DNA from: Candidatus Babeliales bacterium
Lineage (GTDB): Bacteria; Babelota; Babeliae; Babelales; JANWKD01
Assembly (NCBI GenBank): GCA_963722075.1
Contig: CAVRJM010000001.1
Span: 96,001 to 160,000 of the forward strand
Direction of reading: 5' to 3'
DNA: 64,000 nucleotides
Within the stretch, counting starts at the first letter, position 1. The number at the start of each line of letters is the position of its first letter. Below the pieces are notes generated by a model that saw only the letters and a list, made by a program, of their open reading frames with translations, did no database searches and was not told where the DNA came from. Below, piece by piece: positions 42,201-49,565 of the stretch. Made by a program: the position numbers and the translations under genes.

Positions 42201-43888
42201 TTCCTGGCCAAGGCGGATCATTTACCACGGTGGCAGAAACAAAAAATTGGTTTAATCAAAAAGAGATAGCAATTTTAGATACTGATGCTTCTGAAGTGGA
42301 AGTACGCATTAAGCCATTATATATACTAACAACGTTTCATGTTGGGCTCTATTTTGGTGGTGAATTTATTGATATTGATGCCGTTAAAAAAACCAAAGAA
42401 GCGCCTATTGATTTTGCTCATTTAGCTAAAATGGCGGTATTTAAAAAAGAGGATCAAAATAAACCGGTTAGTTTTGGTATTTATGAGCATGAAGGTAATG
42501 GATGGCTTGCCAATTCAGTAACAGCGCCAGCTTTCCAATTAGGGCAGTGGTATCATATTAAAATGCGCTTATCTGGAACTAACTTATCAGTAAAAATATG
42601 GGCAGAGCCAGAAACAGAACCAGCTACTGATTTTTCATATACCGTAACCGTTTCTCCTTCGCAGAAAATAATTGGGGTAATTTCTTCCGGTGCGTCAGTG
42701 GAATATCAATTTATTAATCCGGCAGTTACTATTACACCAATACCTACATCAAAACCGCCATATTCATTACGGCCAGCAGATAAGTTTTGTGCGTTGCCGT
42801 GTGATTACGCAAATGCAACCTGGCAATCGATTGCGGTGGAACGTGATCGTGAACAGATTGCTCGTGGGCAGATGGATTATTTAACAGCGCCGCAAGCAGG
42901 AATTACCATTGTTGATAAGAGTAACATTTTACGTGGGCAATATATGTATACCACGAATGCTACCAATTTGGTTATTAATGGTAAAAATGTAGAAGATTAT
43001 GTGGTGATGTGCAATATGCAGGATATTGGAACAACTCCTTCGGTAGTTCCTCAATCCATTGGTCAACCACTCAGCAATCTTAATCAAATGCCAGGGACGC
43101 CGTATTTAGCGAGCCTTATTAGTGAAAATACGTTTGATTTTAAAGGCAATTCCAATAACATGAATTTAACTGATTTATTCAGCACCTATTCTACGCAATT
43201 TGGTCCATTTAATGATACGCTATACAATCAATTACAAACGGCGCGAAAAGAATATAAGAATCAAGCGCTTTCGTTTACCTTTGGTTCATTTAAATTACAA
43301 GCAATTGCATCTGAAATTCCTAAAAATATATTTATTTATACTACACCATTGGTTGATGAAAATGGTAAACCAATTAAAGATGCAAAAGGAACACAATTAA
43401 CTGATTATTTCTTACTGACCGAAATTACTTCAGGCCCTTCACCAAGTTATAGTAAAAAGCGCGGAAATCCTGGTATTAGTTATAGTACTATGCTTGCTGA
43501 TAAATCAGTACAATATGGGGTTATTAGTTTAATATCTGGTAATTTATACGGCTCATCAAGTGCAAAGCCTGTAAGTTCAGGATTCTCGCGTTCAATTCTT
43601 CTTAGGAATTTTAATCAGCACAATCAACTTGATCCCGCTATTAAAGCAACCATTGAAACAACTCAGACTGCATATGATACGTATGTAAATGTACAAGAAA
43701 ATACACCAACGCCAAATACCGGATCTGCTTCGCAAGGAACGAATCCTTCTGACGCGGGAACAAAAACTGATCATAAAGGGACCGGAACGGGTAATCCAGT
43801 GCCGCCACAACCGCCTGCTAATAATAGTATTCAACAGCGCACCAATGATGCCAGCGGTGGCCAAATCACCTTTGGCGGGCCGCCGTAA
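39260..43888 (+). CDS. Giant secreted protein with amphipathic helix, hydrophobic TGGAS hairpin, coiled coil and beta-sandwich (operon gene 3)
   Basis: Signal peptide VWA|A; FGFSDLWNGVKD; LATVPLTGGASIPLLVMTLG; P/T/G-rich tail. Confidence 0.85.
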   Translation: MKIITQLILIMGLLITPRVWAASFTVDTAASSFKYLQSDSCSFNDANNAVTCKSAGVFQNVKKVTGGTASTGQQLIGSFVDATNKRYDLYATTPQHVIKQTTDLLAAIKATAAVLFNPVDVLSSTTNGPVVTKPNPYSIASLNEKAVNALCGPQGLNLDAKLIQYFKNFYFYLEYVTRLEYAARIAALAAHYNIDMATILDKKSWPDFVQTVQAKAGSWNNLEKALFQPTITPNYLGIMGYIQATSWDELTTSPFWVSLNTITQSSIIKSSFWQKYSKYMVTRSFVQDQTLLLSIKEVEETIFKYIPNIEVAYYNPDFTALRNATEMFHISLLLTDAQRLRIIPSCIDWSMLKDAQNTVDLTQIYTASLEFKQTPFYSIAAMAEDNSQAVYTSVEQNKVSVDINLFKQEPLLQEELILLSMIKVLHGLTNYLYDTDHLEKTMDVLANKNIIQPIPSIFIYAPEDFLYLEDLNLLHNNFKQLATNTTPATTTEQKKQVVQHMMTSMSQQKSSSTPKNVEMQFGFSDLWNGVKDSAESTWDVAKSVGQEAVSFAEDAGKKVAKEAEQLGFGKAVVMLAGMSIKDAQHLLDSAKKIEESVASEIKDGMKTASNFVTDLQDEAEKGIKKMADAITGGCETVTLHFDSELCKSIGGAIQSVADIVVTGIAGDVLMYLKAIGGMIQLTADGIDLIATTAVDVVSGNWGAIGGDLKNGLLSMAADAAVVVLEPLLIQFKYFMQQLMNAIQFCQYFISILTRIFIDATTAVAYALGAEVSMFGSLFGVNINPSDWADTVDTALSEHERLIGTCITTALLLATVPLTGGASIPLLVMTLGPQLFAIYGSYQDDQLAIEQKQEEKEFVQSFSTYVQNNKVIVAQQQQDWAAELHDKYESELENQERGLGFYENLLAHNFEALKEQMSTALGSYWSQLFTPDSLNEIPAQVGSLYGFNTNVYELNPSQGFSLYSAARNSFSQEIAVYPAIAVPGQGGSFTTVAETKNWFNQKEIAILDTDASEVEVRIKPLYILTTFHVGLYFGGEFIDIDAVKKTKEAPIDFAHLAKMAVFKKEDQNKPVSFGIYEHEGNGWLANSVTAPAFQLGQWYHIKMRLSGTNLSVKIWAEPETEPATDFSYTVTVSPSQKIIGVISSGASVEYQFINPAVTITPIPTSKPPYSLRPADKFCALPCDYANATWQSIAVERDREQIARGQMDYLTAPQAGITIVDKSNILRGQYMYTTNATNLVINGKNVEDYVVMCNMQDIGTTPSVVPQSIGQPLSNLNQMPGTPYLASLISENTFDFKGNSNNMNLTDLFSTYSTQFGPFNDTLYNQLQTARKEYKNQALSFTFGSFKLQAIASEIPKNIFIYTTPLVDENGKPIKDAKGTQLTDYFLLTEITSGPSPSYSKKRGNPGISYSTMLADKSVQYGVISLISGNLYGSSSAKPVSSGFSRSILLRNFNQHNQLDPAIKATIETTQTAYDTYVNVQENTPTPNTGSASQGTNPSDAGTKTDHKGTGTGNPVPPQPPANNSIQQRTNDASGGQITFGGPP

Positions 43889-44061
43889 TTAAGTTATTAT
43901 TATTAAAATAACTTGATTAAAGGGAATATTATGTCCAAATGCAAAAAAAATAAGAAAAAGAAGAAAGATCTTTCTGCATTGAGAATTAAGACGAAGGGTT
44001 TAAAATTTAATCGAGAAGAAGCGAATAAACGATAGAAAGAGAACTAACTCAATTGAGGTAG

Positions 44062-44463
44062 ATTTACGAAAGATGTCGTTGCGAGCTTGCGAAGCAATCT
44101 AGGATATATTATAAACTTCTCAACTGTACATATAAATCACTCCAAGTTGGATTTGCTGATTCAATAAGAGCTAATTTATTTAACCGGGATCTCGCTTTAA
44201 TTTGTTTTTCTCGAACAATTGCAGTGTACATGTCATCAAAAAATTCAACATATACAAGCATTTTGCAATTATATTTTCTGGTAAACTCCACCTTATTATT
44301 TCTATGCTGAAAAATTCGCTGAGCTATATTTCCAGTAACTCTCGTATCGAGAGTACCATTTCGTTTATTTGCCATAATATAAACAGCAGGGCGTTTCATA
44401 GTTTATTAGAATCTAATTTTAACCTGGATTGCTTCGCAAGCTCGCAACGACATTCTTGTAAAT
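44062..44463. mobile_element. GIY-YIG gene bracketed by inverted CGTC-type repeats
   Basis: ATTTAC..ATGTCGTTGCGAGCTTGCGAAGCAATCTAGG (44062-44103) and CCTGGATTGCTTCGCAAGCTCGCAACGACAT..GTAAAT (44423-44463). Confidence 0.7.
44109..44399 (-). CDS. Small GIY-YIG nuclease, probably catalytically damaged
   Basis: VYIMANKRNGTL, FTRKY, LVYVE, AIVREKQIK, NPTWSDL; the YIG/YTG motif reads DTR. Confidence 0.88.
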   Translation of the reverse strand: MKRPAVYIMANKRNGTLDTRVTGNIAQRIFQHRNNKVEFTRKYNCKMLVYVEFFDDMYTAIVREKQIKARSRLNKLALIESANPTWSDLYVQLRSL

Positions 44464-44534
44464 GCATATATTCATGGCTTTGAGCAAAAACTTATTACAC
44501 CACTTTAATTTGAAGATATAACAAATTAATATAT

Positions 44535-45041
44535 TTACCGTGCTATTTTCAATTCAGTAACTGCCTTATCAAGGATTCCATTAATGAATTTATAGGCATC
44601 TTTCTCAGCAAAGCATTTAGCTAGTTCTATAGCCTCATTAATGGCAATGGTAGAAAGGATATCGGTGTTTAATAATTCCCATATTGCATAGCGCAAAATA
44701 AGTTTGGTACACACACCGAGTCGATCAAATCGCCAGTTGCTTAAAAATGGTTTATAAATATCATCAAGTTCATGACGAGAATCAATTATAACACGGGCAA
44801 TCGAAACAACATCGCTATCAAATGGAATGTCTAAATTAAATCCACGATTAACGTTATCTACAATTGCTTCTAATGAAATATCATAATCAAATGATTCTGC
44901 GATATATAAGAGATGAAAAACAACGGATCTTTTTTCTCGTTGATTTAAATCAGTAAACGCTTTCTCCTGATCTTCCTGTATAGGTTCAGGAGTTGCTAAT
45001 GGCTTATTGGGATCTGATGAAAGTTCTAAGCAATGTGACAC
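44535..45041 (-). CDS. nusB: Transcription antitermination factor NusB
   Basis: NWRFDRL, ILRYAIWEL, INEAIELAKCF, FINGILD. Confidence 0.93.
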   Translation of the reverse strand: MSHCLELSSDPNKPLATPEPIQEDQEKAFTDLNQREKRSVVFHLLYIAESFDYDISLEAIVDNVNRGFNLDIPFDSDVVSIARVIIDSRHELDDIYKPFLSNWRFDRLGVCTKLILRYAIWELLNTDILSTIAINEAIELAKCFAEKDAYKFINGILDKAVTELKIAR

Positions 45042-45062
45042 CGGATAATTCCTTTTTATAAA

Positions 45063-45629
45063 TTATTTTTTTACGCGTTCGATGTATTTAGAATCTCTTG
45101 TGTCAACTTTAATAATTTCGCCTTCCTCAACAAATAAAGGAACTTGTAATACTAAACCGGTTTCTAAGGTAGCTGGTTTGGTTGCGCCTCCTTGAGCTGT
45201 ATCGCCACGTACACCGGGTGGCGTTTCAGTGACTTTGAGTTCCATGAAAAGAGGAGGATTAACAGCAATTGCCTTGCCAGAAAAATAAAGAACGTTGTAA
45301 ACTTCTTGTTCTTTAAGAAACTGTTCAACTTCTTCTATTTGATCTTTAGATAAAGAAACTTGTTCAAAACTATCTTGATCAAGGAAATGATAATGATCGC
45401 CATCGGTGTATAAATATTGCATGTTTTTATATTCTAAATCAGGAACTTCTAACTTTTCGCCAGACCTAAAGGTCTCTTCACGTACCAGGCCTGTAATCAT
45501 GTTTTTCATTTTCGTTCTAATATAAGCGCCGCCTTTTCCTGGTTTAACCCATTGAAAATCGACTACCATATATGGCTCGCCACGAAATAAAATCTTAGAT
45601 CCTTTTCTGAAGTCAGAAGTGGAGATCAC
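45063..45629 (-). CDS. efp: Elongation factor P
   Basis: VKPGKGGAY, PGVRGDT, KPATLETG, VPLF. Confidence 0.97.
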   Translation of the reverse strand: MISTSDFRKGSKILFRGEPYMVVDFQWVKPGKGGAYIRTKMKNMITGLVREETFRSGEKLEVPDLEYKNMQYLYTDGDHYHFLDQDSFEQVSLSKDQIEEVEQFLKEQEVYNVLYFSGKAIAVNPPLFMELKVTETPPGVRGDTAQGGATKPATLETGLVLQVPLFVEEGEIIKVDTRDSKYIERVKK

Positions 45630-45709
45630 GCTCAGTACCTTTCAATAAAATAGTTATAAACCTTCTTTATTGTAGCTAATAAAAATTAATATGAAAAGCT
45701 TAAATACTA

Positions 45710-46111
45710 CTATTTATTAAATTTTGTATGCCACCAGTAGGAAAATCCTATACAGCAACCAGCGCCAATAATTTTGGGAAGTATCCCAAAGAATACTGAA
45801 TCTACTATTTTAACTTTCTCTTTAAATTCTTTTCTAACTTGGAAATTGGTATGCGCGGTTTTAAATGTCTCTGGTTCTTTAGAATTATTAAATTGCTGAG
45901 TGGCGTTTTGGTGCTTTTTTATGGCAGTGCGATAATTCATAATTTGATTTACGTTATTGCCGATAGAGAATAACAAAGCTGCGCTTGTAAAAAGGGCAAT
46001 ATTTGGAATCGTGCAATACTGATCAAGATATGATTTAATGCCGCCTTGGCTCAAAATTGGATGAATATTGCATATTGAGAGTAGAAAAATTAAGATTAAA
46101 AACTTTTTCAT
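45710..46111 (-). CDS. Secreted/membrane hypothetical protein
   Basis: MKKFLILIFLL signal peptide plus two hydrophobic segments. Confidence 0.65.
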   Translation of the reverse strand: MKKFLILIFLLSICNIHPILSQGGIKSYLDQYCTIPNIALFTSAALLFSIGNNVNQIMNYRTAIKKHQNATQQFNNSKEPETFKTAHTNFQVRKEFKEKVKIVDSVFFGILPKIIGAGCCIGFSYWWHTKFNK

Positions 46112-46121
46112 ATGAATACCA

Positions 46122-46505
46122 TTATTTAAAAGGACAGACTTCACTTAATAAACGAGAGGATTTAGCTGTATGCTTACAATATCGATTGCAAATTGACCAA
46201 TTTAATTTTCGCCGATGTGCAAGCTCTTTGGCTGTTAAATATTCATGTCCGAAATGATTAAAAAAGAAAGAACCCATAAAAAAGTTATTAAAAAATAATG
46301 CGCGGCAAGTCTGAGGCATTTTTTTAAATAATTGAGGAATAAGCAAGAAGCTATTGAAGGCAGCCGAAAGCATAAAAGGGTGTTCATAAGCAATCAAAGC
46401 AGCTTTTTTTTTGATACGCTCTTCCTGTTGAATATCCATAGCAAAAAGCGATGAAACGCTTGCAATAAAAAATGCAATAAATAAAAATAATTTTTTATAT
46501 CCCAT
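46122..46505 (-). CDS. Secreted/membrane hypothetical protein
   Basis: SLFA|MD; hydrophobic segments. Confidence 0.6.
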   Translation of the reverse strand: MGYKKLFLFIAFFIASVSSLFAMDIQQEERIKKKAALIAYEHPFMLSAAFNSFLLIPQLFKKMPQTCRALFFNNFFMGSFFFNHFGHEYLTAKELAHRRKLNWSICNRYCKHTAKSSRLLSEVCPFK

Positions 46506-46751
46506 TATAACCCCCAAAAAGAGTAGTTTATACGTGCTTCTTACTAAATAATATACTTTTTTAAAATATTTGTAAAATTATCTCTAATATGTTTCTATTT
46601 GAAATAATGAATAATTCAGTTTGTAATAATCATTCCTGATTTTGTATATTATATTGTAAAATTTATAAATTTCATTATAATAAATAGTAATTAAAAATAA
46701 TGAGCCTATGCCAAGGCTACGGCTAGGCAGACTTAATGGAGTATATTTTTT

Positions 46752-47147
46752 ATGAAATTACTATATTTATTTATAGCCCTTGGTTTATGCAGTCCCATCT
46801 TGGCTATGAACAAATGGAGAAGCGTCAAATCATTCGCCCACAAGACATCAGTGGCTACTTATAATAAGTCTTATCAAGCATTACAAAAAACCCCTTGGTT
46901 TCAAAAAACCAAGCAATTCTTTAATGCGCAACAAACAACCGATAGTTCTCCTGAAAAGATGGAGAAGATTTTTATTGCTATTGGTAGTAATCAAATGGTT
47001 GAAGCAGAAGTTAAAATCACCAAAAAGTTAAGCTGGTATCAACATCATCCCTTTAAATTTGCTGCATGGGTAGGGGCAGGTAGTTTTCTTACCGGGTCTA
47101 TTTTTGGGTGGCAGGTAAAAAAGCGATTGAGCAAGAAAAAAGGATAA
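46752..47147 (+). CDS. Secreted hypothetical protein with C-terminal TM and basic tail
   Basis: PILA|MN; FAAWVGAGSFLTGSIFGW followed by KKRLSKKKG. Confidence 0.7.
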   Translation: MKLLYLFIALGLCSPILAMNKWRSVKSFAHKTSVATYNKSYQALQKTPWFQKTKQFFNAQQTTDSSPEKMEKIFIAIGSNQMVEAEVKITKKLSWYQHHPFKFAAWVGAGSFLTGSIFGWQVKKRLSKKKG

Positions 47148-47335
47148 ATAATATGGTAATTAATTTCTTAAAAAAAATAATGCTGATATTACTAATTATA
47201 GCATTTCCTTTACAAACTCATGCTTCTTTATTTTCGTATAATCTATTTTCAAAAATTCCCAACGTTTGTCAGAGTGTATATGAAAAATGTAATGAATATA
47301 ATATCGGTATTGCTATAGGAATAAGTTTATTATTA

Positions 47336-48482
47336 CAGGACTTACGCATTGGTCGAAAGTTCTGATTGGGACTTGAAATAAATAAAAAAGGGTGCTTCAA
47401 TTTTGTGAATTAAACAACAAAAGCAAAAAAGAAGGACACCCGAAATGAGAATAACAAATACAAATGAAGAATCAAGCACACCAAAATATGTAATGGGTTT
47501 ATTAAAAACAACGGCACGAAAAGTTTGCACAAATATTTCTGAAACACTGGGAATAATGCATGATGTGCTCAATAGGGAAGTTGAAAAAGCAGCCCAGAAT
47601 GCAGCAGAAATAACAAGCTCATTACAAAATGTTGCTCTAGAAAGTCTTAGCAATTGCGAAAGATATTTGATAATCGATGATACTCCCGTAAATAAGCAAT
47701 ATGCTAACGATATTGAAGGATTAGAAATTGTTTATGATAGTAGTGAGAAAAGATCAGCTTTGGGATTACGGTCTGTAATTGGCATGATCACTGATACCAG
47801 AGTAAGAATACCGATTGATGCGGAGATTATGATAAGCAAAGTATTTGGAGAAACCAATTACAAGACAAAAAGTGAAATTGCTTACATTATTATAGAGCGT
47901 GTTCTAGGATCAATTCGGTTTAATTGGTTAATTGCAGATGCCCATTATGCGACTGAATACCTTCTGCCAAAGCTTTTTAACAGGTCAATAAAATTTCTGA
48001 TGAAAATTCCCAGAAATCGCGTTGTTACTATTAACAATAAAACAGGACAATTGCAAAAAATTTTACGTTTGAAAAAAAATAACAGATTTGCTTGTGGATA
48101 CGGCACTATTTTTGGTCTTTCCTGTTATTTCTATGTGTTAAAAATTGATAAGGAAAAAATTATGTATCTTATCAGTAGCCATCAGCTCGGCAAAGAGAAG
48201 CTAATTTCTACATATAAGATTCGTTGGCAAATTGAATGCTTCAATAGAACTGCCAAACAACTTCTTGGATTCAGCGAATGCCAAATGCGTTCTTTTAACA
48301 TGCAGCGTGCGCATTTACTTTTCGTGTTATGGGCTTATGCTTTAGCCGACATAAGGCGGGTAAAAGATAATTTCGACAATACTGAACAAGCTGTCAGATC
48401 CTTTCGGGTCGCAAAACCCCCTACACCATCTAGTTTATTTTATGCTTTTGAAGAGAACTCTTATGCTCTTGCGTAAGTCCTG
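47336..48482 (+). mobile_element. IS701-like insertion sequence (1147 bp)
   Basis: 13-bp perfect TIRs CAGGACTTACGCA / TGCGTAAGTCCTG; flanking direct repeat TTATTA. Confidence 0.9.
47445..48476 (+). CDS. DDE transposase (IS701/IS4 superfamily)
   Basis: IIDDT, LIADAHY, YKIRWQIECFNRTAKQLLG (YREK-like). Confidence 0.9.
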   Translation: MRITNTNEESSTPKYVMGLLKTTARKVCTNISETLGIMHDVLNREVEKAAQNAAEITSSLQNVALESLSNCERYLIIDDTPVNKQYANDIEGLEIVYDSSEKRSALGLRSVIGMITDTRVRIPIDAEIMISKVFGETNYKTKSEIAYIIIERVLGSIRFNWLIADAHYATEYLLPKLFNRSIKFLMKIPRNRVVTINNKTGQLQKILRLKKNNRFACGYGTIFGLSCYFYVLKIDKEKIMYLISSHQLGKEKLISTYKIRWQIECFNRTAKQLLGFSECQMRSFNMQRAHLLFVLWAYALADIRRVKDNFDNTEQAVRSFRVAKPPTPSSLFYAFEENSYALA

Positions 48483-49277
48483 TTATTAGGTAGTGGTTTA
48501 CTTTACTATATTAAATGTAAAAGCAATTCTTATGAAATGCTATTCCCAAATCCAGGAATTAACCAATTTCAAGGCAAAAAAGAATCTTGTCAGATTAATG
48601 TTCATAAAAGGAAAAAATATAATCCAAATGAAGAAATGAGAAAAATTCTATTTGATAAGCCTTCGGCATATATGGCTGGTGCTCAAATGAAAAAAGGTGG
48701 AATTGTTATAGATCGTACGAAAGAGGATGAAATCTGGTGTTTATTAACAGGATTTAAAAAACTATTCTGGCTAGGCTTTTCTGAAGATGGTGAAATGGAA
48801 AATTTAATAGCCGATGTTAAAAAATTACATCCCGATTTCAATAGTGATATTGGAATACTACAATACGAACATTATATTTTTGGCTGTGAATTAAATAAAT
48901 TGAAAATGAGACCGCTTATTCAAGGTTTTGCATATACCGCCGATGGGAAAGTTAATGCGTTATTATTTGCAAAGCATTATAATGAAACAAGGCTAAATGA
49001 TATCAATGATTATTTAACTGGATTTTTACTTGGTTACAATGAAGAGGATATCTATTTTTATTATGAATGTAACTTCGAATTTCCTGAACAAAAATATACG
49101 CTTGATAAACAGCTAGCTAAAAAATTTATTGAAAAAAATACCCCATCAGTTGAAGAATGGGCTTTAAAGTCGAACAAAATTACATTCATTCAATAACAAA
49201 TTTTTCATTCAATTGGGTTTGGGTTTCATTTCCATATCTAGAAAGTTAACCTAAAAGAATAGCAGTTTGCCAATATA

Positions 49278-49497
49278 CGTCGTTGCGAGCTTGCGAAGCA
49301 ATCCAGGTTTTTAAAATATCTATTTCATAACTATTCATCAGAATTGTAATTGCTTAAATAATATTTTCATATTTGTTTGAAAAACTAATTAGCTTGTTGT
49401 TTGATTAAGGTCTATACTACAATTTACCTAATATTTACACTCTCTAACTTTTTGCTATTTACTTTAGCCTGGATTGCTTCGCAAGCTCGCAACGACA
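49278..49497. repeat. Inverted CGTC-type repeat pair around an AT-rich spacer (empty element)
   Basis: CGTCGTTGCGAGCTTGCGAAGCAATCCAGG ... CCTGGATTGCTTCGCAAGCTCGCAACGAC, with imperfect outer IR extensions. Confidence 0.85.
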
Positions 49498-49565
49498 TAT
49501 TGTTTAAGTAAATACTATTCAAAAACTCAAATTAATTTTAAATCGTACTGAATAATAGGTTAAAT

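Larger units (their letters stand above)
47153..49196 (+). pseudogene. Secreted/membrane hypothetical gene interrupted by an IS
   Basis: Removing 47336-48482 and one TTATTA copy restores ..IGISLLL-GSGLLYYIKCKSNSYEMLFPNPG.. in frame with ORF 48537..49196. Confidence 0.85.

Noticed and set aside
35824..43888. Assigning the operon to RHS/YD, Tc toxin, phage tape-measure or T3SS loci
   Set aside because: No YD repeats, RHS core, phage genes or T3SS apparatus genes in the window; only isolated motif resemblance.
43931..44035. 34-aa ORF MSKCKKNKKKKKDLSALRIKTKGLKFNREEANKR resembling an antitoxin C-terminus
   Set aside because: Too short, no partner toxin; at most a remnant.
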